Virus record (IMG/VR): IMGVR_UViG_3300045391_002348
Coordinates: 16,889-80,888 of that record
Direction: 5' to 3' (one strand)
Length of the DNA stretch: 64,000 nt
Source: a virus
Lineage: Duplodnaviria; Caudoviricetes
Each line of letters starts with the position of its first letter. Positions within the stretch are counted from its first letter, which is position 1. Below, in pieces: positions 36,973 through 46,317 of the stretch. The translations under genes and the position numbers were made by a program. The notes beneath the pieces are model-generated. The model did not search any database, was not told the DNA's origin, and saw nothing but the letters and a program-made list of their open reading frames with translations.

Positions 36973-38667
36973 TTAGACAAGCCACTCGCGCCACGTGTCT
37001 CCGTTGATCAGGGCTGCCATATCGATCTTCTTCCTGAGAGCCTCAATGATCTTTTCCTCCACTGTGTCTCTTGTTATCATGTCGATGTACGCCACTGCCT
37101 TCATCTTTCCTACGGCCTTACAGCGCTCCTCACTTTGTTGTCTATGATCGAGGTTATTTCGTGAAGAATAGTAGACGCACAGATCGGCCACTGACCAGTC
37201 TCGTCCCCTCCCTCCGGCGTCCGGTGTAGATACCATGAACCGGCACCCCGACTCGGTCCTGAACCGAACCTCCTCGCTCTCCCTCACCCCGACGTTCCCG
37301 CCCCAGAACCTTGCCACGCTTCCCTCCCCGAACTCGTCGGTGAGAGCCATGGACACCTTCTGAACGCTGTAGTCGTAGCTGCACCAGACGATCGCCTTGC
37401 CCTCGTAATTCCGGAGGAGCTTCACCAGCTCCGCGGTCCTCCTCTCCGGTATGAAATGCTTCTTGCCGTCGTCGTCTACCGTGTACCCGCAGAGGACCTG
37501 GTGGAGCCTGAGCATCTGGGTGATGACGTGGGTCGCTGTAACGAAGTCTTGCCCCGAGATGAGAGCGACCGCCTCGGCCTTCAGTTCTTTGTAGATGCGC
37601 TGCTGGTCCGGCGACATGCTGACGTCCCAGAAGGAGTAGTCGCTCGCCGGCATGTCATAGCAATCCTCCAGCCGGACGCGGAAGGAGTGCGGTGCTATCT
37701 TGTCGTGGAGCTCGGCCTCGTTCTTGTAGGTCTTCACGATGGGGATGGTCTGCACGTACCCCCCGAGCCGCGTGATAGCCTCGATCGTCCCCTGACGGTC
37801 TACCCCCTCCACCCAGGTCTCGATCCACTGCTTCAGGGCCAGAGGAGACATCGCATTCACGTTCAGGGTGGGATCGAGGGTGGCGGCCGTCCTCTTGAGC
37901 AGGGCCGGCGGCCGATAGCGGAGCACCCCAGCCATCCCCTTCAGCTTCCCCTTCAGAACCTGGTTCGGAAGCATGCAGACCTTCTCGACCTCGGCGTAGC
38001 GCTCCCGGTAAGCGACGAAGTTCACAAATCCCAGGATGCGAGGATCGAGGAACCAGAACTGATTGAACAAGTCGAGAGGAGAGCGCGGGGTCGCCAGCCC
38101 CGTCAGTATGCGACGGTGACTTGCGTGGAGAGCTACCTTCACGCAGAACTTCCCGATGATACTGTCGACCTCCTTCATGATGACGCTCTCGTCGAATACA
38201 AACATGCAGCGTCTCTGATTTAGGAACTCGGTTACAAAGTTTCGGGCCTCCTCCACTGCGCTCAAGGCCTCGGAGTTTATGAGAAGGATGCGCGGACCCT
38301 TGTGCTCCATGAACACCTGACGTATGTTCTTATCTGCCACCGTCTTGGCCCTCTTACTGACCCAGGGGTATACCCTCCCGGCTCTGTAAATGTCCTCGGG
38401 TAGGTCTGCCTTGATAGCTGCTATCCACGTGAGGTACGCCCCACCCGGAGCTACGACGAGGAGGTCGTCGACCTTCTCCTCTGTGAGGAGCTCGCCCCAG
38501 TCGTCTACGACGACCTTCGTCTTGCCCGTCCTCATCGCCATGAGGAGCGCGAAGACCTTCCTCCCCCTCATCCTATCAAGAGCCTCCTTCTGGTGGGCTC
38601 GGGGCTTCCTACGTGATACATAGGGGCCATCTATACCAGTGACGGGAGCGCTAGCATATGTCTGCAC
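36973..38667 (-). CDS. SF2 (SNF2-like) DNA helicase
   Basis: PRAHQ, MRTGKT, DES, LTGLATPRSPLD, GGRGRDW, QSEER motifs. Confidence 0.92.
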   Translation of the reverse strand: MQTYASAPVTGIDGPYVSRRKPRAHQKEALDRMRGRKVFALLMAMRTGKTKVVVDDWGELLTEEKVDDLLVVAPGGAYLTWIAAIKADLPEDIYRAGRVYPWVSKRAKTVADKNIRQVFMEHKGPRILLINSEALSAVEEARNFVTEFLNQRRCMFVFDESVIMKEVDSIIGKFCVKVALHASHRRILTGLATPRSPLDLFNQFWFLDPRILGFVNFVAYRERYAEVEKVCMLPNQVLKGKLKGMAGVLRYRPPALLKRTAATLDPTLNVNAMSPLALKQWIETWVEGVDRQGTIEAITRLGGYVQTIPIVKTYKNEAELHDKIAPHSFRVRLEDCYDMPASDYSFWDVSMSPDQQRIYKELKAEAVALISGQDFVTATHVITQMLRLHQVLCGYTVDDDGKKHFIPERRTAELVKLLRNYEGKAIVWCSYDYSVQKVSMALTDEFGEGSVARFWGGNVGVRESEEVRFRTESGCRFMVSTPDAGGRGRDWSVADLCVYYSSRNNLDHRQQSEERCKAVGKMKAVAYIDMITRDTVEEKIIEALRKKIDMAALINGDTWREWLV

Positions 38668-39089
38668 GGGACGGTAACCTCCGAAGTGTTTTCAAGTCTC
38701 ATATAAAGTCAGCTCTGTGGGTCCCCATAGAGAGCTGGGCCGTCAGCGGTCCCGGGATACCCGACAGCCACTACCTGTTCAAGGGAGGTGCCTCGGGCTG
38801 GGTAGAGTTCAAGACCGTGAAGAAGGGGGACAGGGTCCCCACTCTGAAGAAGGAGCAGGCCGCGTGGCTCGGAAGGTACGCCCGCCTCGGCGGCCGCTGC
38901 TTCCTGGCAACGCGCGTCGGAGATGACGAGCTCGTTCTTCACAGTGGGATCGATGCGACACTCGTGAGACAGTCGGGCCTCCGAGAGGCCCGACCACTTG
39001 GTCGGTTCTCCGGAGGCCCACGTGGCTGGAACTGGGCTCATATTGAGCAGTGGCTCAAGCAGCCTCCTTCTCCTCCGCCGGCGACTTGA
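38658..39089 (+). CDS. PD-(D/E)XK nuclease (VRR-NUC / Holliday-junction resolvase-like)
   Basis: PGIPDSHY...WVEFK...LKKEQAAWL...GGRCFLA. Confidence 0.85.
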   Translation: MSARDGNLRSVFKSHIKSALWVPIESWAVSGPGIPDSHYLFKGGASGWVEFKTVKKGDRVPTLKKEQAAWLGRYARLGGRCFLATRVGDDELVLHSGIDATLVRQSGLREARPLGRFSGGPRGWNWAHIEQWLKQPPSPPPAT

Positions 39090-39927
39090 TCGCGTCCTTG
39101 AGTGAGCGGCTGCCGGGGAACTTCAGCGTGACCCGCTGATCCTCGCCGATCGTGTAGCCGATGCCGCAGTCACGATTGATCATGTAGAGAGCCGTCTTGA
39201 CATAGCCCTCGTCCTTGTCGATCTTCTTCGCGATAGCCGCGATGGTGTCGCCGGCGTCTGCTCGGATGAGGACCTTCGCTCGGTCGGTATTCTCACGGAC
39301 CTGTCCGAAGTCCTCGACCTTGCCCGGCGGCTTCGTGACCACTCTAGGAGCCCGCTCAGCCCTCTCCGCAGGGGCCTTCTTCACTGCTGACTTCTTCGCT
39401 GCCTTCTTCGCCATACTTGTATCTCCTTTGTTACTTCCCGGTGCTGAGTTATTGCTCAAAGCAGGGTGCACCCACCTGCTAGTCTTGATGTCCCAACGAG
39501 ACCCTGGAACATGCTGAGACTTCTCTTGCTTTCGCTGGTTCCAGCGCTCAAACTTCTGGTCCTTCTTCCTGGAAGCAGAGGTCCTGATTTCCTCCTCCAA
39601 CTTCTCACGAGCTCTCCGGTCGACCTCTGTCTCCGGGTACCTCGCACGAAACCCCTCCTGGGCTGTCATATCCATTGCAGTCGACTTCCCGCTCATTACG
39701 GGGTGAGAGCTGTCTCGCCTCTCCCCCTTCTTGATCCTGAGGAACGGCGGGATCACGTCCCCACAGTTCAAGGCCTGGTCCATGGGGGACATATCTTCGA
39801 GGTGCTTGTTCGGTATGAACTGCCTATGACCCGTGTCCTTCCAGCGGACCTCGGAGACCTCGACGCCGGCGGCCGAGAGCTCGGCCTCCCTACTAGGATC
39901 GTACTTCACCCGCACGCTCTTACCCAC
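39055..39927 (-). CDS. Protein with C-terminal winged-HTH-like DNA-binding domain; strong internal start at 39414
   Basis: AAAGGAG SD before MAKKAAKK; TIAAIAKKIDKDEGYVKTALYMI. Confidence 0.65.
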   Translation of the reverse strand: MGKSVRVKYDPSREAELSAAGVEVSEVRWKDTGHRQFIPNKHLEDMSPMDQALNCGDVIPPFLRIKKGERRDSSHPVMSGKSTAMDMTAQEGFRARYPETEVDRRAREKLEEEIRTSASRKKDQKFERWNQRKQEKSQHVPGSRWDIKTSRWVHPALSNNSAPGSNKGDTSMAKKAAKKSAVKKAPAERAERAPRVVTKPPGKVEDFGQVRENTDRAKVLIRADAGDTIAAIAKKIDKDEGYVKTALYMINRDCGIGYTIGEDQRVTLKFPGSRSLKDAIKSPAEEKEAA

Positions 39928-40246
39928 GGCCGGCCTCCTTGTTAGATCGCAACTTCATCTCTCTACCAAAAACTGTAAGCTCATTATGGATCAGCGTGAG
40001 CTTCATCTCATCCTCGGGGGTAGCCTCGTCGCTCTCCTTCGATATAATCGACATGATACTGGCGAAAATATGCTGGGCCCCCGCCATGAAGGCCATCCTC
40101 ATATCCTCCCTCTGATGCTCCGGCAGCGGCCCACTATTCTCCAGGATCATGAGAAGCGATACCCAACCCATCTCGACCAACTTCCCCTCGCTGGCGTACT
40201 TATCAGTGATCATCTCGACTACTTTGTGAACTCTCTCATCGTCCAT
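39920..40246 (-). CDS. Hypothetical protein
   Basis: EDMRMAFMAGAQHIF pattern seen in phage proteins. Confidence 0.7.
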   Translation of the reverse strand: MDDERVHKVVEMITDKYASEGKLVEMGWVSLLMILENSGPLPEHQREDMRMAFMAGAQHIFASIMSIISKESDEATPEDEMKLTLIHNELTVFGREMKLRSNKEAGRG

Positions 40247-40296
40247 ATTAAGCCTCTAACTGTTTACTGGGATGTATCAGCGGGTGTAGGTCTTGT

Positions 40297-40662
40297 CTAG
40301 TCCTTTCTGAGGTGGACTACGACCATATCCCGTTGAACTGAGACCGCGACCCTCGCAATTGCTCCGATGAGGGATGATGGTGGACCACTGGTCTCCCCCT
40401 CGGCCCGGTTCTCCCCGAGAGAGTCGACGATGACCTCGATCGTGTCACCATGTTGTAACAGTCGAGAGAGGAGGATGCAGGCGTCGTTCGCCAGAGCTAC
40501 CATCGAGCCGTCTCTCTTGAAGCTCGCGCAGAACACCTCCTTCAGGCGTTTGTTCTCGTCGAACCCGAAGGTTGCGAGGATAGTGTGTACACTCCCGGTG
40601 CTCTCCATCCACTCGACCTTCGACGTGATAGACAGTCGGCGATCCCTTAATTTAGTTCTCAT
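40297..40662 (-). CDS. Stand-alone TSCPD-like domain (C-terminal domain of class II RNR)
   Basis: RDRRLSIT...EVF...ANDACILLSRLLQHG...SSLIGAIA. Confidence 0.65.
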   Translation of the reverse strand: MRTKLRDRRLSITSKVEWMESTGSVHTILATFGFDENKRLKEVFCASFKRDGSMVALANDACILLSRLLQHGDTIEVIVDSLGENRAEGETSGPPSSLIGAIARVAVSVQRDMVVVHLRKD

Positions 40663-40946
40663 TGGCTTCTGAGCTCCTTCATTGCTTTGACAATCCACTC
40701 GGAGATGGCGACCTCGCTGGACCTACCGATCATATCGAACGGCATGTCTATGATGAGGGTCTTGCCGTCCATTGCGATAGCAAACTTCAAGACCCCGCGC
40801 TTGATCCTGGCCTCCCTGATTTTCTCAGCGAACCTGTCGTCTATCTTCTCCCCGCGCTCGAAGGCCTTCAGCATGAAGGCGATCTTGTCGGCCTGTCGCT
40901 TGATCGCGCTGATGGGTGAGTGCTTAGTTGTCATCATCTTCCTCAT
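40659..40946 (-). CDS. Hypothetical protein
   Basis: SD GAGG; ATGA overlap downstream. Confidence 0.65.
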   Translation of the reverse strand: MRKMMTTKHSPISAIKRQADKIAFMLKAFERGEKIDDRFAEKIREARIKRGVLKFAIAMDGKTLIIDMPFDMIGRSSEVAISEWIVKAMKELRSQ

Positions 40947-41004
40947 GGCAGCAAACCCTCCTGGCGTCCCGGATTGTTAGGTGGGTTCAGGGCGATGGTA
41001 TCAG

Positions 41005-41562
41005 TCACGGAACTGCTCTCTGAAGTGGAGGAGATCGGCGAGGGAGGAGAGTGGTCGGGACCGATCGCCGGGACCGCCTGCGGACCTCCCGGGCAATAGG
41101 CCAAACGACTGCCCCGATGAGGAGCCATACCAGGATCATTAGAGGGTACATGAGGACCTCGGCCCGGGTCCTCCCCTGCACGGGCTCTGGCATAGGCCTG
41201 TAGGAGACAACGTAGACGGCGGGGGACGGTAGTGCCTCCCAGGTCTCGACAAATCGACTGGCAACCTCCTGGACAGGCTCTGCAGCCCTCTCCGGTGGAG
41301 GGAGGGGCACGAGCTCGATCCGGGGCATCTCGACCTCCCGCGTCCTGGCCTTGGCGCGGATGGTCTTTGCGCGGGCCTCTCTGGAGACGGAGACCCACAG
41401 AAGCTCTCTCTTGGCGAGCCCTCTCCCCTGGTACCAGCACTTCTTTCCGTCGATGACGCGGTAGGAGTAGCCGTGCCCTCCCGACTTCGTCTGGCAGGGA
41501 ACCGACGCACTGGCTGCGAGGGTCGTAGATAGTAGCATCGCGATGACTAGGGCGGTCTTCAT
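41005..41562 (-). CDS. Secreted/membrane protein (signal peptide plus C-terminal TM)
   Basis: MKTALVIAMLLSTTLAASA; C...YSYRVIDGKKCWY; TM near the C-terminus. Confidence 0.7.
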   Translation of the reverse strand: MKTALVIAMLLSTTLAASASVPCQTKSGGHGYSYRVIDGKKCWYQGRGLAKRELLWVSVSREARAKTIRAKARTREVEMPRIELVPLPPPERAAEPVQEVASRFVETWEALPSPAVYVVSYRPMPEPVQGRTRAEVLMYPLMILVWLLIGAVVWPIAREVRRRSRRSVPTTLLPRRSPPLQRAVP

Positions 41563-41594
41563 GATTATCTCCTGTTGCGGGGGAGTGGGATATA

Positions 41595-41927
41595 CTACTC
41601 CGCCGGCGGGTAGCGGTCCAGGTCCCACTTCTGGATGCGCTCACAGAAGCCGATCGGGGAGAAGTTGAACCCGGAGCGGCAGTTGCGGTTAATGCAGAAG
41701 ATGTTCGTGCTCATACCTCCGCCAGGTCCCTCGTAGAAGCCGTGACTGTGGCAGTCGGGGCACTCGTTCCGGGCGACGATCGAGAACAGGTCCTGGGCTC
41801 GCGGCTTCTCCGGTTTAGGTGGCGGGTTCTTCGTGGCGGGCTTCGGTTTGTGGGTCGCAACTAGGAATACGCAGACCCCGAGAAGTCCGAAGATCGTCGG
41901 GATTAGTAAGTCATTCGGTGTCATCAC
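41595..41927 (-). CDS. Membrane-anchored Zn-ribbon protein
   Basis: N-terminal TM; CPDC...CINRNC. Confidence 0.7.
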   Translation of the reverse strand: MMTPNDLLIPTIFGLLGVCVFLVATHKPKPATKNPPPKPEKPRAQDLFSIVARNECPDCHSHGFYEGPGGGMSTNIFCINRNCRSGFNFSPIGFCERIQKWDLDRYPPAE

Positions 41928-42043
41928 CTATCTCCGTGTTAGTGAAGTTTGTTCTTAGCAGGTAGCTCCTCGATGGTAGCGATCCGGTACTTCGCAATCC
42001 TCATCCACTGCGTCTGATGGTTGCGTCTCTCTTGTTCATTCAG

Positions 42044-42374
42044 TTAGTCCTTTCCAAACCCGCGTGGTAGGTCGACCTCGTCGGCCTCCTCGGCCACCCA
42101 CTTCGCCTCCTCGATCGCGTCCCTCAGCCCTTGCGTTATACCATCGATCGAAGAGGTCGCAGACAGCTTCCAACTTCTCTCCCAGAGCGGACGACGATAA
42201 ATTCTCGGGCTGGTTGTCCTTCCACTCCTCATACTCCTCCTGAACCCCGCGGAGGTCGCCCTCGGCTGTCTCGATGGCGTCAAGGCACTCCTCCATCTTC
42301 TCCAGGGCGGCGAGGAGCTTCCCCGCCGCGTCGGCCCAGCGAGCTGGGCGAGAGGTCCGCCTAGCCTTTGCCAT
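42044..42374 (-). pseudogene. Coiled-coil phage protein split by a +1 frameshift
   Basis: Deleting one A at 42151-42152 joins MAKARR...AVCDL to SIDGITQ...DLPRGFGKD* (span 331 = 330+1). Confidence 0.7.
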
Positions 42375-42702
42375 GCCAGGTCCTCCCTCCGTCATGGCTG
42401 TGAACTCCCTGGGCGATGACCCTCCGGTCCACGGACCTCCCGGCCACTCTCTCGGCCTGGGCGATCGTCTGACGGGCGAGAGCCGACCCGGTTGCCATGA
42501 TCCTCCTGTAGATGCAGGCGTCGGTCACTCCCGCCCTCTCATCGTCCGGGACACCGTCGAACACGACGGCTCCCTGAGGACCTACGCGGACCCGGACGAG
42601 CCGGCTCACGATCCTCTTGTCGACGGCGACGAGGACCTTGCGGACCTCGTCGACACGCTCGGACAGGTTCTGGTTCTTCCTCGTTACAGTATCACAGGGC
42701 AT
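42361..42702 (-). CDS. Conserved partner of Ycf46-like ATPase
   Basis: MPCD...GVHSHDGGRTWH. Confidence 0.7.
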   Translation of the reverse strand: MPCDTVTRKNQNLSERVDEVRKVLVAVDKRIVSRLVRVRVGPQGAVVFDGVPDDERAGVTDACIYRRIMATGSALARQTIAQAERVAGRSVDRRVIAQGVHSHDGGRTWHGKG

Positions 42703-42703
42703 G

Positions 42704-43510
42704 TCACACTCCTTCGAGCTGGATCGCCGGGGCCTTCTTCCTTGCGGGCTTCGTAGGCTTCGGGGCCTGACCGAGGTCTACCGACCGGGCCTTCGTCTTC
42801 GGTCTCGCGATGACCCTCTCCTCTCCGAGGTCCAGGAAGGAGACCCGCGCCGCCTTGATCTTCTTCATGACCTGAGCGTCGACTTCCAGGGCCGCGTTAT
42901 CCCCGGCCTTCACGATCTTCTTAGCTAACTCCCGGGCAGCCGCGACTGCCTCCTGGACGCGATCCGAGGCCTGCTGAGAGAGCATCGTGCCGAGGCCCTT
43001 GGCCCTGACAGCCGCTGCCCGGATGGCCTCCACGTCCATGTTCTTAACGCCGGCTTCCATGCTCCGGAGGAGGTCGCGGACCTCGCCGCCGATAGCCCTC
43101 ACGGCCTCGACGTCGTCTGCCGCGATCCTTCCCGTGAGGACCGAGACCTCCACCCGGCCGAGCTTCGCCTTCGCGTTGAAGGAGGAGGCCTCGGCCTTCG
43201 CATTCTGGATCGCTTCGTATAGCTCCTCGGCCCTGCTCTCCGGGCAGAGGAGACCGAACGCGGACTGGACGCAGACAGAGCGGAGGATAGAGCAGGCCCG
43301 GCCCCTAGCCTGACGGGCCTCCTCGTGCTCCTTCGGATCGGCGATCACTCGCTCGGTCTCCCACCGGGCGTACTTGCTCCCGTCCTCTCGTGCATGATCC
43401 GGGTCCAGTACCTTCTTCTCATAGTGGACGTTGCCCCGGATCGTGGTGTGAAGGGCGACCAGGAAGCCTGGTCGCAGTGTCTGGGTCTGTATCTTCTCCT
43501 TGGTAGTCAT
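42704..43510 (-). CDS. Helical protein in the AAA ATPase operon
   Basis: 268 aa; SD AGAGG; coiled-coil-rich. Confidence 0.75.
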   Translation of the reverse strand: MTTKEKIQTQTLRPGFLVALHTTIRGNVHYEKKVLDPDHAREDGSKYARWETERVIADPKEHEEARQARGRACSILRSVCVQSAFGLLCPESRAEELYEAIQNAKAEASSFNAKAKLGRVEVSVLTGRIAADDVEAVRAIGGEVRDLLRSMEAGVKNMDVEAIRAAAVRAKGLGTMLSQQASDRVQEAVAAARELAKKIVKAGDNAALEVDAQVMKKIKAARVSFLDLGEERVIARPKTKARSVDLGQAPKPTKPARKKAPAIQLEGV

Positions 43511-43552
43511 CGACTTCCCTCTCGCTGGTTGGGACCCGGGATGTAGCTCAGG

Positions 43553-45148
43553 TCACTTCCGAATGTCCAGTACCCTTCCTCGATTTATTTTCGCTCCGGT
43601 CTGGGCGACGGGAGAGGTCGCCGGCCGGGCTCTCGTAGCGGCCCACGTCCTGAGCTCCTCTATCTTCTCAGCCGCGGTCTTTGCCAGAGGGGTCACGGTC
43701 TTCGTAGCCTCGATGAGGTCGGCCGTCGTGATCTCCCGGCCCTTATCGGAGAAGGCTGAGAACATCGCGGTCGGGACGAGCTCGGCGACCTCTGAGCCCG
43801 TGAAGGTCTCGCAGCTGGCAGCGACGAGGTCCAGGTCGATCTTCAGCTTGCCCCGACCATGGGACTTCAGAGCGGCCGAGAGGACGCCGACCCGCTCCCG
43901 GGTGTTGGGAAGGTCCACGAACCAGACCTCGTCGAACCGACCCTTCCGGAGGAGCTCGGGCGGGAGGCTCTTGGCATCGTTCGCTGTCGCGATCACGAAG
44001 GCCTCTCCCGCTCTCTCCTGCATCCATGATAGGATCGCCCCGAGAGCGTCGGCGGAGACCCCGCCGTCAGCGGACCCCGAGGTAGCTCCCTGCAGCGACT
44101 TCTCAATCTCGTCGAGCCAGATGACGCAGCGGCCGATGGCCTCGGCGACCTTGAAGACCTTCCGGAGGTTCGTCTCGCTCTCCCCGACGAACTTGGAGCG
44201 GAGCGCACCCAGGTCCAGCCGGAGGAGAGGGACACCCCACGCTGTAGCGACCGCCTTCGCCGTGAGAGACTTGCCGCATCCGGGGACGCCGACGAGGAGT
44301 GCGCCGCGGGGGGCCGGGAGCCCGTAGGCTCTCGCCTTCGCCGAGTAGGCCAGGCGCCTCTCGATGAGCCATGTCTTCAGTAGGTCAAGACCGCCCACTG
44401 CGTCCAGCCCTCCCGGGATGGGGTCGTACCACTCCAGGACCCGCTCCCGAGTGATGACCCTCTTCTTCTCCTGAGCCACGACCGTCGGGTCGATCTTCCT
44501 GAGCTGCACGAGGCTCTTGGAGTAGCAGGCCTGAGCCTCCTCGCCGGAGAGACCTACCGCTGCGTCGATCGCGGCGTCACGCTCTCCGTTCACGAGGCTC
44601 GCTCCCTCCACGGTCTCGAGAACGACGTCCAGTATCTCCCCCATCTCCTCGCGGTCCGGGAGCGGCCACTCGATCACGGTAGCGTGGGCGGCGAGCTCCT
44701 CCGGGACCTGCGAGGAGGGGGATAAGACGATGACCGCCTGCGCCGAGTTCAGCTCCGTCGCGGGGAGGGTGCGGGCGAGGTTGCGGACCCGCCGGACCGT
44801 AGACATGGAGGAGGGGCCTTGCAGCCACGGAGCGAGGTCTCGCATGATCCAGACGTAGCGGTTGAGGAGGTCCGGAGACTTCTTAGAGAACTCCATGACG
44901 GCGTCCAGGCAGCTGTCAGGATCGTTCCCGGCGGACCCCATCCGCTTCGGGTTGCCGGCGAGGTCCTGGACCCCGGCCGCTACGTCCCACGTGACTGTCA
45001 GGTAGCTCGCGGCCGCTGCGGCCGAGGCTAGATAGCCCTCCACGCGGGCCTCCTCCCGGGTCACGATCCAGATGAGGGGGTTGCGGGCTCGGAGGAGGGC
45101 CGCGACGTCCGCGGCGACGATCTGGCTCTTGGTAAGGTTCTCGGTCAT
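43553..45148 (-). CDS. Ycf46-like tandem AAA+ ATPase
   Basis: GVPGCGKS Walker A, WLDEIEK Walker B, LLRKGRFDE; degenerate N-terminal AAA domain. Confidence 0.92.
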   Translation of the reverse strand: MTENLTKSQIVAADVAALLRARNPLIWIVTREEARVEGYLASAAAAASYLTVTWDVAAGVQDLAGNPKRMGSAGNDPDSCLDAVMEFSKKSPDLLNRYVWIMRDLAPWLQGPSSMSTVRRVRNLARTLPATELNSAQAVIVLSPSSQVPEELAAHATVIEWPLPDREEMGEILDVVLETVEGASLVNGERDAAIDAAVGLSGEEAQACYSKSLVQLRKIDPTVVAQEKKRVITRERVLEWYDPIPGGLDAVGGLDLLKTWLIERRLAYSAKARAYGLPAPRGALLVGVPGCGKSLTAKAVATAWGVPLLRLDLGALRSKFVGESETNLRKVFKVAEAIGRCVIWLDEIEKSLQGATSGSADGGVSADALGAILSWMQERAGEAFVIATANDAKSLPPELLRKGRFDEVWFVDLPNTRERVGVLSAALKSHGRGKLKIDLDLVAASCETFTGSEVAELVPTAMFSAFSDKGREITTADLIEATKTVTPLAKTAAEKIEELRTWAATRARPATSPVAQTGAKINRGRVLDIRK

Positions 45149-45186
45149 GGTAGGTCCTCTCGCTAGGGGGTTGGTGGTGCCCCCAG

Positions 45187-45237
45187 GATGTAGAAGGTCG
45201 CCGTGGGATTGTAAATAGGGTGTCTTGAAAAAAGTGG
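45187..45237 (-). promoter_or_regulatory. sigma70-like early promoter P1
   Basis: TTTACA(45215-45210)-N17-TACATC, upstream ACTTTTTTCA tract; same architecture as P2. Confidence 0.7.
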
Positions 45238-45260
45238 AGGCGACCTTCGCAGCCGCCTCC
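45228..45260 (-). terminator. Rho-independent terminator
   Basis: GGAGGCGGC-loop-GTCGCCTCC followed by ACTTTTTT. Confidence 0.75.
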
Positions 45261-45278
45261 TAGAGCCGGTCGAGGACC

Positions 45279-45416
45279 CTATCGCACCTTTATCTGTTTA
45301 ACCTTCTTCAGCAGGCTCAGTAGGAACGGAGCTCGGTTGTCGGTCGACATCTCTAGGGCCTCCTGGATGATCTTGATCTGGCCCTCTGATAGCTCGACCC
45401 ATCTGATCCGTTTCAT
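45279..45416 (-). CDS. 45-aa early protein
   Basis: SD GAGGAGG; MKRIRWVELSEGQIKIIQEALE... Confidence 0.65.
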   Translation of the reverse strand: MKRIRWVELSEGQIKIIQEALEMSTDNRAPFLLSLLKKVKQIKVR

Positions 45417-45426
45417 GATCCCTCCT

Positions 45427-45582
45427 CTAGTGCATCTCTATCCGCGGGACCACCGGAGCATCGAGTACCTTGACCTCCTCGTGTGAGGAGGCGGCCGTGA
45501 GCATCTCCTCCGCCTGATGTGCGGCCTGGATCAAGAGCCGCTGGGCGAGACGCTCGATCACGGACTTCAAGAATGACTTCAT
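45427..45582 (-). CDS. 51-aa early protein
   Basis: SD GAGGAG; MKSFLKSVIERLAQRLL... Confidence 0.65.
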   Translation of the reverse strand: MKSFLKSVIERLAQRLLIQAAHQAEEMLTAASSHEEVKVLDAPVVPRIEMH

Positions 45583-45851
45583 GGTTTAGTCTCCTCTCGC
45601 TTAGTGCAGGATCGCACCCTGGAGCCTCCCGCGGAGGAGAGGCTCGTGGCTGCGTACCTCAGTAGAGCGTATGGTGGTATCCCCAGCCGCACCGCTTGCA
45701 GCTCAGGTCGATGCAGCCGCTGTTCGGTCCTCGAGAGCGTCCCCGTTCGAGCGATCGAGCTCGATCACATATGGCTTCAAGTTCTTAGCTACGAAGTCAC
45801 GGTACGGGTTTCGTCCGGGCTTCAGTTTCGGTGCGGTCGTGGCCTTCCTCT

Positions 45852-46238
45852 TCAGACTAACTGAACGAACTGGTCGCGGCAGAAGTTGGCGAGCCACTGG
45901 CGGGCGTTCTGTCGGTCGTGACCCTCGTAGGCGGCGAGGTAGCTCGCCACGGTCTTGCCGACCATCGCATCGAAGTGCTGAGCTCCGAGGCTCCCCTCCT
46001 TCTTGGGGTTGCCCTTCACGATGGCCGTGATGACCTTCGTCGCCCGGGAGGACCGGACCGCGCCGTTCTTCTTGGCCTTAGTCTCCTCCTTCGGGAGGCG
46101 GGCCGCGAGGGCCTCGCACCGGCGGAGAGCCGCCTTGCGATCCGAGAAGCGGGTCACCGCGGGGGCGCCTAACTTCTTCGCCATCTCGTTGTAAGCGGCC
46201 ACGAGCTCCGAGCCCTTCATCTCATTGAACTTAGTCAT
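45852..46238 (-). CDS. Basic putative DNA-binding early protein
   Basis: ELVAAYNEM...RFSDRKAALRR; NPKKEGS motif. Confidence 0.7.
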   Translation of the reverse strand: MTKFNEMKGSELVAAYNEMAKKLGAPAVTRFSDRKAALRRCEALAARLPKEETKAKKNGAVRSSRATKVITAIVKGNPKKEGSLGAQHFDAMVGKTVASYLAAYEGHDRQNARQWLANFCRDQFVQLV

Positions 46239-46317
46239 GGTGTATCCCTCTCGCATGGTTGGGGTTGTTGAGTTAGTACCCTAGAGCCGCCCGCTCGGGG
46301 CGGCTCGGAGCTACCAA

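Noticed and set aside
45703-45835. Small ORF possibly starting at ACG after an AGAGGAAGG SD
   Set aside because: There is no canonical start and no recognisable motif, so it cannot be supported from sequence alone.
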